Below, one piece after another: positions 23,601 through 35,917 of a stretch of 64,000 bases of DNA. The notes under the pieces were generated by a model. That model saw nothing but the letters and a program-made list of their open reading frames with translations, was not told the origin of the DNA and ran no database searches. The translations under genes were made by a program, and so were the position numbers. Within the stretch, counting starts at the first letter, position 1. Each line of letters opens with the position of its first letter. Origin of the DNA: Lama glama (taxonomy: Eukaryota). The stretch covers positions 43,464,001 through 43,528,000 of the forward strand of contig CM052816.1 of the NCBI GenBank assembly GCA_028534125.1. Reading direction: 5' to 3'.

Positions 23601-26600
23601 GATGTACTTCCACAGAGCATTCTGAATTTGGTCTTCCCTCTGTATCCTCCTCTTGGGTTATTTCAGTCAGGTATAGAGCTGGTCTAGCACGGTGCTAGAA
23701 AATCCCAAACATTTGAACAGGGTGAAAGAAAAGCAGACTTACTGATTTTTGTTTGTTTGTTTTTTGCGTCACAAAGAAAAGCTTTTTCTGTATACCCGTC
23801 CCTACTATGTGGATAAATGCTGCACTCTTGGTGTTGGATAATGGGACAAGGGCCACTTTCCTGGCCAGGAATTCATGTGATTTTCTAGAGCTCCAGTCTG
23901 CCTGTTTCCCAGGTCAGGGGCTTCGTGTTAAAAGAACACCTCAGGAGTGATAAACATATTCCTTGAGGTCCTTCTTCAGCTTGATTCAACAGTGCCTGAG
24001 AGCAAATTAACCTCCTGCTAGATTTTCAAAGATCTTTGATGCTTCACTGATTGCAAAAACTTGTGTTTTAGCTCCTTGCTAACTTATAACCATCCTGGAC
24101 ATCGTTACACTGCTGGTGATGTTTTAGAGACCAAGGCTCTAATAAGTCATACACTAACTCAGTAAAACCACACGATTGTTTCATTCTGCTACAACCTGAA
24201 CAAATCTGGTACTTACCTAATTATATGTGCTTGTATTCTGCAGGTTTGAAGGTGCTCCTATTTAGTGCAGTTCCAAGAAGTGATTTCAAAGCTGAATTTA
24301 GAATAGCGTGCATTACAGTGGTTTGATGAGCCTTTCCAAGTTTCTTAAGATCTTTGGTACATATCCCAAGGCCACCTGAATCTGGACAGTGAGGGAATTC
24401 AAGACTTTTCCCCCTTCTTCCACTTGGGATTCAGATCCGTGGTCCAATCTCCTTTCCTACCTGGATGAAAGTATGTCTCAGGGTGAGGCGGGCAGTTTAC
24501 GTGCATTGATTCCCTAACTGCTTGTGACTAGAAATGCCCCATTGAGGAGTTCTTCATTGCCATGGCAATGACATTGAACGTAGTCGTGGTGTGGGCTCAG
24601 GGACTGATTTTTTTAAAGTTCTTTCTAGAAAACTTAAAGATGTTTTAGTCAAATTCTAAATGCAGGCACTGATTTGAACATTTTTCATAGCTAACTTTTC
24701 ATTTTAATCAGTAATTTTAACTTACTTCATTTGATTCTAATATAATAATTCTAATTCTAATCATTCTAATTAGTCCAGATTTATTCCATTTAGTGTTTAT
24801 AATCTTGTAAGTGACAGCCCAAAGCACTTGGTTAACAGTTTCATGGTGAGTTGATGGCTTATTTTCAGGAAAAGGGGAAGGTATGGCCTCAGGCAAGTTT
24901 AAGAGAATCCGTATCATACAGAATTGTGCTGAAAACAAATACAGAAAAACATTCTTTAAATTCCACTCAGGGATGATTACACATTTAAAGACACAATACA
25001 AACAATACATTTCTATGTAGAGGAACTCTGAAAAGTAGGCCTGTTGGGAAAGGCCGTCTCATATGTGCAGTCTCTGGGCCCCACTCCTCTTCATGAGCGT
25101 GGGCCACGTGGGGTCTGGAGCCTTCCTTATCACGAGGGCCTGTGCTGGACTGCTCACCTTGCAGGGGTGCAGCTCTCTGTTTCATGCTCCGTGTGTGCTC
25201 CTTTGGTCTGTGTACACGTGTGTCATGTAGCACCGGGCCAACCCCACTACTGTATCAGTCCCTGAAGAGGATGGGGTCCTTCATTTTGTGGGACAAGAGG
25301 GGTGCACGTGGGCCAGTGGCCCTGCGACTGCTGGGAATAACCATTGGCTGTGGGGACCAGTGCTCACTGCTGAAACTGATGGCGCTCTGCCTCTTCTTTA
25401 TGTGAGTGAAGTAGTGTTCCTTCTGGTGCCTGACTACACTGTGTTTTCCTTGGTGACTTAGGTACCAAGATGTAGCGGGCAGCAGTGTTCTCATCTCTCC
25501 TGGTGATAGGAAATAGATGCCGCTTCTCAATAAGAACAAAGTACTGTATAAGATTTATAGATTTGGAAATATGTGTGATCCTTAGTTTCTAACCAGACTT
25601 TTGGCAGAAGTAGCAAAGACTGGTGTCAACCCAGGGACATTGGTAGCTACTGATTGTGGACATTGAAGAGCATTGGGACTGTGAAATCCAGGCCTGGAGA
25701 AGAGCCTGGATAGATGGTAGGTTTGGGGATGCATTAGATTCTGGTTAAAATCTGGTTTTGAGAGGTCAGCAGGCTGGGGATGTCCTAGTACTGAAAGCCA
25801 GGTGTTAGAATTATCTATGGAAGCAACAAAAGAGTGAGGATCAGAGCAAGTAGTGAGCTGGAAGTCAGTAGACATTTAAGAAAGATGGAGCCTCTAATTC
25901 CAGATGTTCAAATGAGGAGGTGGTCCAAAACCAGGCAACTGCCAGCAACCCGGCGCCTGGGGAGCTGAAGAAGAATAGCCTAACAGGCAAGAGCACAGGT
26001 ATGAGGCTTTGGAAACTGAAAGGACTATGATGGATGAGGCAGCTTTCTGACTTCAGGTGCCAGAGGAAGGGAGGGACCTCAGTCAGATACCCAGGTGGAG
26101 CAAATGGGGAAGGAATTGGATGCTGGCTTTGCCAAGGTGAGACCTGACTTCTGGCAGGCAGATGTTGAGGACTAGTGTGTTGGAGACTGCAGGAACTACT
26201 CACTAGCTTCATGCTCTGGGCCCTGAGCCCTGTCTCCCTCACGGTGCTTGTCCTCCAACTCCCTCTGAAATTTCCCAGTAATAATCTGATTTAAGCCTTT
26301 TTTCAGACAGGCCACCTTGTATAAAGGCAAAGAGGCTGTACATCAAAATATATACAAAGGCTCTGGATGATTATGAGTGCTTTTATTTTATTTTATTTTT
26401 TATATCTTACTTGTAGTCTCTACAGTGATCCTTTGTTACCTTTGTAAGAATTTTTAAAAATTCAAGTTAATTTTTTAATGAAATTATTTTTTGCAGTTTT
26501 ATTACTTGACCTATAACATTGTGTAAGTTCAAGATGTACAACATAATTATTTGATATATGTATATATTGTGAAATGATTACCATAGTAAGTTTAGCCAAC

Positions 26601-27531
26601 ATCCAACACCTCACAGAATTATGATTTTTTTCTTGTGATGAGAACATTGAAGATCTACTCTGTTTGCAACTTTCAAATATATAATACAGTATTGTTAGCT
26701 ATAGTCACATATTATGCAATACAGTCCCAGAATTTATTTATCTTATAATTAGAAGTTTGTACCTTCTGGCCATCTTTTATCAATTTCCTGCCCTCAACCA
26801 CTGCCTCTGGCAACCACCAATTTGTTCTCTGTTTCTATGAATGCTTTTTTTTTTTTAAGATTCTACAAATAAGTGAGATCATATGGTATTTGTCTTTCTT
26901 TCTCTGACTTATTTCACTTAACATAATGCCCTCAGAGTCCATCCATGTGGTCACAAATGGCAAGATTTCATTTTTCTTTTATGGCTGAAAAGTATTCCAT
27001 TGTATATATGTGTATACTATGTTTCCTTTATCCATTCACCTGTTGATAGGTGCTTAAGTTACTTCCATGTCTTGGTCATTGTAAATAAAACTGACTGCAA
27101 TGAACAGGAGGGTGCAGATAGCTCTTTGGGATAGTGATTTCATTTCCTTCAGATATATACTCAGAAGTGGAATTCCTGGATCATGCGGTGATTCTATTTG
27201 TAGCTTTTTTAAGGAAACTTTCTAATGTTTTCCCTAGTGGTTGCACCAATTTATATTCCCACAAACAGTGCACAAGTATTCCTTTATCTCCACATCCTCA
27301 CAAACACTTGTCATCTCTTGTTTTTGATAACAGCCATTCTGACAGGTGTGAGGGGATACCTCATTGTGGTTTTGATTTGTATTTCCTTGATGATTAGTGT
27401 TGTGCACCTTTTCATGTTCCTGTTGGCCATTTGAAGTCTTCTTTGAAAAGAGTGTCTATTCATATCCTCTGCCTATTTTTAAACTGGATGATGAAGATGA
27501 TTATTTTGCTGTTGAGTTGTATGAGTTCTTT

Positions 27532-29064
27532 TTAAATTTATTTTTAATTGAGGTATAGTTGATTTACAATATTATTTTGGTTTCAGGTATATAACATAGT
27601 GATTCAAAATTTGTATAGATTAACTCCATTTAAAGTTATTATAAAATATTAGCTATATTCCCTGTGCTGTACAATATGTCCTTGTAGCTTATTTATTTTA
27701 TGCATGGTAGTTTATACCTCTTAATCTCCTACCCCTATCATGCCCCTCCTCCCTCCCCTCTCCACACTGGGAACAGCTAGCTTGTTTTCTATATATGTTT
27801 ATCTGTTTCTGCTTTGTTATATTCATTTGTTTGTTTTATTTTTTGGATTCCATGTATAGGTGATAACATACAGTATTTGTCTTTCTCTGTCTGACTTATT
27901 TCACTCAGAACAAATAATTTTAATGTTTGTGTGGAAGCATAAAAGACCCTGAATAGCCAAATCAGTATTGAGAAATAATAGAGTTGGAGGAGTCATTCTC
28001 CCTGACTTCAGACTACACCACAAAGCTACAGTAATAAAAACAGTATGGTACTGGCACAAAAAGAGACATGCATCAATGGAAGAGAATAGAGAGCCCAGAA
28101 ATAAACCCACACACTTACGGTCAATTAATCTACATCAAGGGAGGCAAGAATATGCATTGGGGAAGATAGTCTCTTCAATAAGTGGTGCTGGGAAAACTAG
28201 ACAGCTACATGTAAAATAATGAAATTGGAACATTTTCTAAAACCATATACAAAAACAAACTCAAAATTGATTAAAGACCTAAATGTAAGACCAAAACCCA
28301 TAAAACTTCTAGAAGGAAACATAGGCAGAACACACTTTGACATAAATCATAGCAATATCTTTTTGGACCTGTCTCCTAAAGCAAAGGAAACAAAAGCAAA
28401 TATAAAAAAATGGAACCTAATTAAATTTAAAAGCCTTTGCACAGCAAAGGAAACCACTGACAAAATGAAAATACAGCCTACTGAATGGGAGCAAGTATTT
28501 GCAAATGATATGACCAATAAGGGGTTAATATCAAAAAATACATAAACAGCTAATACAACTTAACGGGAAAAAGCAAAACAAACAACACGATTGAAAAATG
28601 GGCAGAAGACCTGAACAGACGTTTTCCAAAAAAGACCTACAGATGGCCAACAGGCACATGAAAAGATGCTCAAAATCACTAAGTATCAGAGAAATGCAAA
28701 TCTAAACCACAATGAGATACCACCTTAGACCTGTCAGAATGACCATCATCAAAAAGAACACAGATAACAAATGTTGGCGAGGATGTGGAAAAAGGAAACC
28801 CTTGTACACTGTTGGTGGGAATGTAAATTTTGGTACAGCCACTGTGGAAAACAGTGTGGAGGTTTCTCAGAAAGCTGAAAATAGAACTACCGTATTATCC
28901 AGCAATTCCACTCCTGGCTATAAAGCTGAAGAAAACAAAAGCACTCATTTGAAAAGATACATGCATCCCAATGTTCATGGCAGCATTATTTACAATAGCC
29001 ACGCTATAGAAGCCGCCTAAGTGTCCATTAACTGATGGAGCAATAAAGATGTGATATATACATG

Positions 29065-29106
<42 letters not shown>

Positions 29107-29219
29107 CAGACACAGCGGAATACCATTCAGCAATATAAAGGAATAAAATTTTGCCATTTGCAACAACATGAATGAATCTGGAGGATATTATGCTTAGTGA
29201 AATAAGCCAGCTGGAGAAA
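27532..29219 (-). mobile_element. 5'-inverted (twin-primed) L1: 3' end on the minus strand (27532-27908), inverted ORF2 segment on the plus strand (27907-29219)
   Basis: Plus-strand ORF2 peptides ([40 protein letters not shown]) abut a minus-strand 3'UTR. TSD gagttcttt (27523-27531) and gggttcttt (29220-29228). Confidence 0.88.
29069..29100 (+). repeat. (CA)16 microsatellite inside L1
   Basis: Directly visible. Confidence 0.95.
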
Positions 29220-29879
29220 GGGTTCTTTATGTATTTTGGATAGTAACCCCTTATGAGATGTGTGGTTTGCAAATATTTCCTCCCATTCTGCAGGTTGCCT
29301 TTTGATTTTATTGGCCTTTGTTGTATAGAAGCTTTTTAGTTTGATATTGTCCCACTTGTTTTTGATTTTGTTGCTTGTGCTTTCAGTGTCATATTGAAAA
29401 AAATCATTGCCAAGACTAATGGCAAGGAGATTTTTTCCTAATGTTTCTTCTAGGATTTATATCATTTCAGGTCTTATAGTTAAGTCTTTTAATCCGTTTT
29501 GAGTTAAACTTTGTGGTTCGTGTTTAAAGGGGTCCAGTTTCATTCTTCTACATGTAAATATCCAGTTTCCTCAGAACCATTTGTTGGAGAGATTTTCTTT
29601 TTTTCCATTGAGTATTCTTAGCTCCTTTGTCAAATATTAGTTGACTCTATATGCATGGGTTTATTTCTGGGCTCTTGATGCTGTTCCATTGATTTATGTG
29701 TCTAATTTTATGCCAGTCTTGTACTGTTTTGATTACTATAGCTTTGTTATATGGTGTCAAATAAGGAAGTTTGATGGCGTCAGCTTTGTTCTTTCTCTGG
29801 ATTGGTTTGGCTATTTGAGGTCTTTGTGGTTTCATATAAATTTTAGGATTCAATAATTGAACAATTTTTTAAAGTAACG

Positions 29880-30015
29880 TAGTGAAAAGAGTTAGGACTT
29901 CTGAGTCAGACTGATTTCAAATCCTGACTTGTCTTTTACCTCCCAGCTTTATGACTTGGACAAGTTACTTACACTTTAGAACTGCAGTTGGCTTGTCTAT
30001 AAAGTGTGTATAAAA
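29880..30015 (+). mobile_element. MIR fragment
   Basis: gagtcagactgatttcaaatcctgact...cttggacaagttactt. Confidence 0.75.
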
Positions 30016-30424
30016 AGACCAAAGTGGTTTTTATTCCCCACTCTTCCATACAGAGAGGGAACTTGCCCTCCCTAGGAAAAAGAGGAACTATTCTTCGCAC
30101 ATATTTCCAGCTGGAACAGGGAATCATTTATTGATTAAGTAGTTTGCTTGATCTCTCTCCCTTTCTCTCTCTCCCTCTTCTGGAGAATGCAGCATCTGTT
30201 TTTTTTTTCCTCTGCTCTGAACTAAACTTACAGGAATAGGTCTTACACTTGTGGAGGAAGCCATCCCTTTTGGAGATGTACAATAAGAACCCCATTTGAC
30301 AGTCATGTTTTCTAGTTTTGTTTTTCAGGATTAAAACTGACATTTTAATCTACATTGGTACTTGCGTCTTATTTCTTAATTGGCTTCAGACTGAGAGTGA
30401 CAGTAGCCAGTAAACGAGACCAAG

Positions 30425-30550
30425 AAATAATACCACCTATCTGTCCTTTGAGCAATTCGTGGCTGTGAGGTTGAGAAATCATATGTGAAGTGCCTAGCAC
30501 TGTGCCTGGCAAACAGTGGTAATTAAATAAGTAGAAATTAATAATAATGA
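30425..30550 (+). mobile_element. MIR 3' fragment
   Basis: atatgtgaagtgcctagcactgtgcctggcaaacagtggtaattaaataa. Confidence 0.75.
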
Positions 30551-31299
30551 TCATTTTCATGGTTGTTTTCTTACTGTCATTACTAACAATCGTTCTGGGG
30601 GCATCATTATTCCTATTGAATGACAGGTTTTTTCTTTCCTCTACTACTGTGGACCAACATACTCTTCCCAAAGATCCATCCTTCCTGCTGTGTTACTACC
30701 ACAGCTGTTTCCTTACCTTGTTATCAAATGCCATTTTTCATCAGAGGATGCAGAGGACGTTTTGCTGTTTTCCCAGGGCTCTGTGACTGCTTTAGGACTC
30801 CTTAGGTATGTGGAAGAACCAAATATTAAGAAACTTTATCCCTGACCTCAGAAATAGGAGAAGAGCTTTGTAACGATCCCACTCCCCTCCTACCGGGCCC
30901 TGCTCCAGCTGGCAGAACTCATCCTGACTCTGTGAAGGACAGTAAGTATCTGGCTAACTCAGTACTAATTTCCCCCAGACTGCTGGACCTGTTTTGCCCA
31001 AAAGCCCACCTTTCGGCAGTGGATTCTTCTTTGTCCTACTGCCAAGCCTTCAGTTTGGTCAGCAGCTCCGTAAGCTGTTCACTTCCTCTCCCCCATCGTC
31101 CTCGCAGTGTGGGGGCCTGGCCTCTGCTGTCCGTGCTCCTGCCCTCCTGCACTGCCCCCCGTGCTTGTTTAGAGACTCAGCACGGCCTCCCTGGCAGCCT
31201 GGCGGCCCCTCGTTGATCTCGTCCTGCTCCCTGCTTGACTTGCACCTCTCGCCCTCCGTCACTGTCTGGCTGTCTTTCCTCCTCCCGTCACTGAGTCAA

Positions 31300-31762
31300 C
31301 AGGGCTCCAGTCACCTGCCCCAGCCTATCACTCTCCCTGTCCCTCAGGACACTCAACCACTGCTCCTCCCCCTCACCTCCGCCACCTCCCTACCTTAACT
31401 TTGCGCTTGCTGTCTCCTCAGCCTAGAATACACTTCCTCCTGAAAGTCACAAGGTTGACTCCATCATGCCTTTCAAGTGTCCATTCAAATTTTAACTTCC
31501 CAGAGAAGCTTTCCTGGACCACTTCCCCATCCTTTCCCACTCTTTATGCCTTTCTCAGCTTCATATATTTTTTCATTGCATCTTAGCTACCAGGTCTTAG
31601 ATTTTAATTTGCTTGTTTGTTCCTTATGTCCCTCTCTCCACCCCAGCCCTGCCTGCTCCCTTCCAGAATTTAAGCAAGCCCCGTGAGAGCTGGATTTTAA
31701 TGTATTTTGTTCACCAGGTACAGAACCTAGAATAGTGCCTGGAACATAGTAGGTGTTCAGTG
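31300..31762 (+). mobile_element. L2 (L2a-like) 3' region
   Basis: ctttgcgcttgctgtctcctcagcctagaatacacttcc...cagagaagctttcctggacc...acctagaatagtgcctggaacatagtaggtgttcag. Confidence 0.85.
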
Positions 31763-31872
31763 GATCACCCTTCCCTTTGATAACACAATTCCATCATTCT
31801 TAATAACCTTAATTGGCTATTAATAAAGTTATATGTGTCAGGAATAAAAGGAAAAATGTTAATTTAGAAGTA

Positions 31873-32182
31873 CAGATTTATAATCTTTTTTGCAATTTTG
31901 AAACTACAAAAGCTCTGAAAACAAAAATCTTTTCTGGCAAATTTACTTGCCCCAAACCTGACCTAAGCTCGTATAGTCTATGTGTGATACTTACTTAAAG
32001 CACTTAATATGAATATTCATATATTTCACTGCCTAAATATTAATGTGCTTAATTTCAGGATGCTTTTCCAGACACTGAATTTATATGTAGTATATGCATC
32101 ATGCTAAGCTTAAAATTTGAAAAGTTCCGAGTTTCTGAATACATCTGGCTTCAAACATTTCAGACAAGGGAGTTCAGATCAG
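31873..32182. mobile_element. TcMar-Tigger MITE (MER46C-like)
   Basis: TA-flanked. aaaagctctgaaaac, aaacctgacct, tgaatattcata and acatctggcttcaaacatttcagacaaggga match recalled MER46C consensus. Confidence 0.75.
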
Positions 32183-34581
32183 TATGTGCAGTCCTTTCTC
32201 TTTTGTTCTCTTCTAAAGAGGGTAAAGATGGAGAGAGAAGTAAGGAGGTGAAGAGAATTAGTCCCAGGGTGAGATGAGGAAGTAGTCTGGGCAAATTTGT
32301 GGAAAGGAAGGAGGGGAGAGGGGAGACGGAGAGGACAGCTGCCTTTAAGAGTGACTTTGGGGTAGGTTAAGATTTTTACGAAATTAGGTCTTACTGCATA
32401 TTATGTAATGCAATTCCCCTATGCTACTAACTCAAGTAAAAACTACCATTATTTTTAAGTGCTTCACATGCTTAGATTTTAATTTTGGATGCATCATTGT
32501 GCTGAGCTCGAGTTCAAGGCATCCAGTACATTTCTGGTTCCATGAACATTCATAACAAAGTGTGTATTTGTTACCAGTTTGCACTGACTGAAATGTGAAC
32601 ACCTCAGTGTATTCCTGTTCTGAGAGCTCTTTTCTTTTCAGAGCACAAGAATATGGATAAGTCTTAACAGAATATTAAAAAAAACTATTTCGATGGTTGT
32701 GAGATTAATTATAAATTAATGCAGCAGACATAGGATAGCAGGTTAAGGATAAATTTGGGTTGGTGTTCAAATATTATCTGTTAAACAATTATATTAGGTC
32801 CTATGCCAGGAACTTTCACATATGTCAAATTCTAAATTCTAAGGGAATCTGTGCTGATATTTATTTCCCTGTTGTGTTTTAATCAAATGTTAGCATATGT
32901 TCTCATCCCCATATGGTGTTATCTCTTAGCATGGAGTAGAATTGAAGGGTCTTTGTTTTGTTTTGGTCAGTGAGAGTATTTCTTTTCTGTGGAAGCCGGT
33001 GGCATTTCAGGATGAGTGCAAGAGTAGGGATTCTTCAAACAGAAGTGAGCGGCAGCGCACTGGTCCCCTCTGCTGCCACCTCCAGTGTCATAATGGTGGC
33101 ACGGGACAGTGTGGTTTGAAAACGAAGCATTACTTTGTCCATTGTTTCGACTGAGTGCAAATAACAATATTCATTTTGCTTTAAATTTTGTAGAACATTA
33201 AAAGAAGGCATGTAAAGTTGGAACATATCAAAGGAGGGCATAAGTTACAAAAATTTGAAAAACACTTCTCCAAAGAAACTTCTCATTCCTTTTAGATTGT
33301 TTTCCTTCTACTGATTCACTAGAGGCATATAGGCTAGACTTGCTTCCAGGATGAGTTACTGAGAAAAACAAGCCTTTCACTTATTATTTTGTAAGATAAA
33401 GTATGATTTTAAAAAGTTAATACAAAAATCGATAGTTTTCCCTGTAACCAAGAAATTCGTTTTGAGACTTCTAAGCACAAATAAGGAAAGTTCTAAGGTA
33501 AGATGTTATCTGAGCCCCCTGTAATCAGTAGTTTATTTGGACCTTCCTGTGAACACTTGGGTCATTTTCGTGGTGTTTGGTCAGTTTGGTATTTTCTGTT
33601 TATTATAAGCTACTGGTAACAGTCCAATACACCCCAGGCATTTACTGCTTTCAAATGATTCATGATTTCTTATAGCACAAGGCAGTTTATAGTGGTCAGG
33701 TGTCAGATTTCTGCATTAGCTCTCAGATCTTGTCTGCTGTCATGTGCTAAGTCTTGATGTGTACACTCACCTTCCTTTCCTCTTGTGGGACTGAGCTGCC
33801 TTTCATAAAGTGGAGACATCTTATAAATAGCGCCATTGCTGCCCTGTCACTTCTAACTCCAGGGCGTTTCCTTCACACTGGGATATCACCTGGCTTTTTC
33901 TAAAGGGATCCTGCCTTCTAGTCTCCAATTCAGAAGTAAAATAAGATATGTGAGCGCCATGTAATTAAGGAGGGGGCAAAGGAAAGAACTGACATTTGCG
34001 GGGCACCTCTGATGTCTTGCACACGGGCTGGGCTTTACGTATGTTATCTTGTTTGATCCAGAGAGACACTGGAAGCACTAGGTCCACTGCCTTTATATTA
34101 TGGTAGTGATGGCATCGACTCAGTTTCAGGCTCTTCTGATGGCCTTTCTGTTACAAATTTTTGTCATTTGTTTCGTGTATAACTGAGAGAGAGAGAGAAA
34201 GGGCATGCTTGTTGTTCTGGTCGTGTTACATGTCGACAGATCATGGTTGGTTAATGCAGTGGAGAGTGAGGCTCAGAATGTCTCCAGAACCCTTTTTTTT
34301 TTTTTTTGGAGGGGGTATTTATATGGTGAGGGCCATGTGGTTGGCATATGGAAACCCCAAGGCAGCCTAAATCAGCTCTCAGCTTGGTGGGCTGTGCTTT
34401 GTGACTGATGACACATTGAACTGACAGCAAATCAGATGTTTGAATCACCTTGTTAACTAGATGTTATCTTTATACTCCTTAATGTCTTTCCCAATATCAA
34501 CTATTGTTTCCCTGAAAGGCTGTTTACCACAGCACCAAGTTAATCCAACTCAGTTTGACTTGTCACTATGTATGGGTCTCA

Positions 34582-34820
34582 GGAGGCAGTATAGTATAGC
34601 AGAGGGGTTAAGTGTGCTGACCCTGGAGGGAAGTTGCCTTGTATGAATCCTGATCCTATCACAAACTGCCTTTGTGACCTTGGATAAGTCATTTAACCTC
34701 TCATAGTATCAGTTCTTTCCAACTATAAAATGAGTATAATAGTAGCACGTACAATGCACAGTGCCTGGCACATTTTTAATGCTCACTTGTCGTTGCTGCC
34801 ATAATAATAACAATAACGAT
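34582..34820 (+). mobile_element. MIR SINE
   Basis: ggcagtatagtatagcagaggggttaag...tgtgaccttggataagtcatttaacctctc...cacagtgcctggcaca. Confidence 0.85.
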
Positions 34821-35752
34821 ATTATTGTTAAAACAAGAACCCCAGTAAGGATAAATCAACTTCATGACTTCAGGGAAGCAAGCACTATTAACACTGTGTG
34901 CTCTTAAATTTCCATATAGCGCTAATTTATACATTTGATAATCTTAATTGTCAGGAAACTTTTCCTCCTTTTTAACCTAAATCCTGAATGCTATAGATAG
35001 GTTCTCATTCCTCTTGGACTACCCATGGAGATTGTTTTCCTTAGAGTCTTCATTTTCTATAAAATTTTCTCCATCCTTCCCAGAGGCCCAAATTTCATTA
35101 GATTTTTGGAGGACATGGAATATAAGTTTAACCCTTGAAATAGCCTCATTTTCATCTGCTTCGTCACCTCAAATAAATTCTTTGGAGAAAAACTGTATTC
35201 TTTCCGTTCATTTTTCATGGCCATTTCATAATGGAATGAGCCATATGGATTTAAGTGTATCACAAAATCATTCTTTGATAAGGGTAGTTTGAAAAACAAA
35301 GCTAAATCTATTTAATGGGATATTTTGGAAAAGAGAAAAAGAAAAAGCATGTTGATCCAAGATTTTGTTTTGGGCACATTTGGGCAACAAAGTTATTTTA
35401 TAGGAACTGGTTTTATTTTCCTTACTCTTTCCTTAATGTGGCTGCATAATTCATGTTCATGTTAAGTGTTATTAAAATAAATGTAACTATTTTAAATTTG
35501 ATAAGCACATAAATTCTTTTCTTTCAGTGGAAGCATATATGGCGTGAAAATTTCACTGTTGGACAATTCATATCAGTAGAGACAGATCTTATAAGATGTC
35601 GTCTTATTTCAGTCACAAATCAGAAGGGTTTCATGCTATACTGCAGGGAAGACGTGCACATGCATTATAAATTCTCCTTCACATTCTAGAAATTACAACC
35701 AGGAACTCCAGGTAGCTTTGAAGGCTCTTTCAAATTATCACATGCTATCAAC

Positions 35753-35917
35753 CAGAACTTTTCAAGTTTTAATATGTGGAGGAGTCACCGGCGGATCTTG
35801 TTAGAATGCAGATTCTGATTTAGTAGGCTTGGGGTGGAGCCCAGGATTCTGAAATTCTAACAGGTCTCAGGTGATGCTAGTGCTGTGGTTCTGGGCCACA
35901 ATTTGGGTACAAGACTG
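35753..35917 (-). mobile_element. MER5A1-like hAT-Charlie MITE
   Basis: ggatcttgttagaatgcagattctgatttagtaggcttggggtggagcccaggattctg...caggtgatgct. Confidence 0.85.

Larger units (their letters stand above)
26467..29850 (-). mobile_element. Older L1 (L1MA9-like) 3' fragment split into 26467-27531 and 29220-29850 by a younger L1
   Basis: 3'UTR motif tgatgagaacattgaagatctactctgtttgcaactttcaaatatataatacagt. The sequence ...tgagttgtatgagttcttt resumes as gggttctttatgtattttggata after the insert. ORF 29647-29853 ([18 protein letters not shown]) is ORF2. Confidence 0.88.

Noticed and set aside
30745..30805. Possible exon ending at ttag|gtatgt (DAEDVLLFSQGSVTALGLL)
   Set aside because: Two competing weak acceptors, lengths that do not preserve frame, and an unrecognised peptide.
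34293..34325. Poly-T followed by ggagggggta, resembling the antisense tail of a tRNA-derived SINE
   Set aside because: No SINE body, no Pol III A/B boxes and no TSD follow.
35528..35690. Strong-looking acceptor followed by a ~53-codon open frame
   Set aside because: No convincing donor before the stop and no recognisable peptide.
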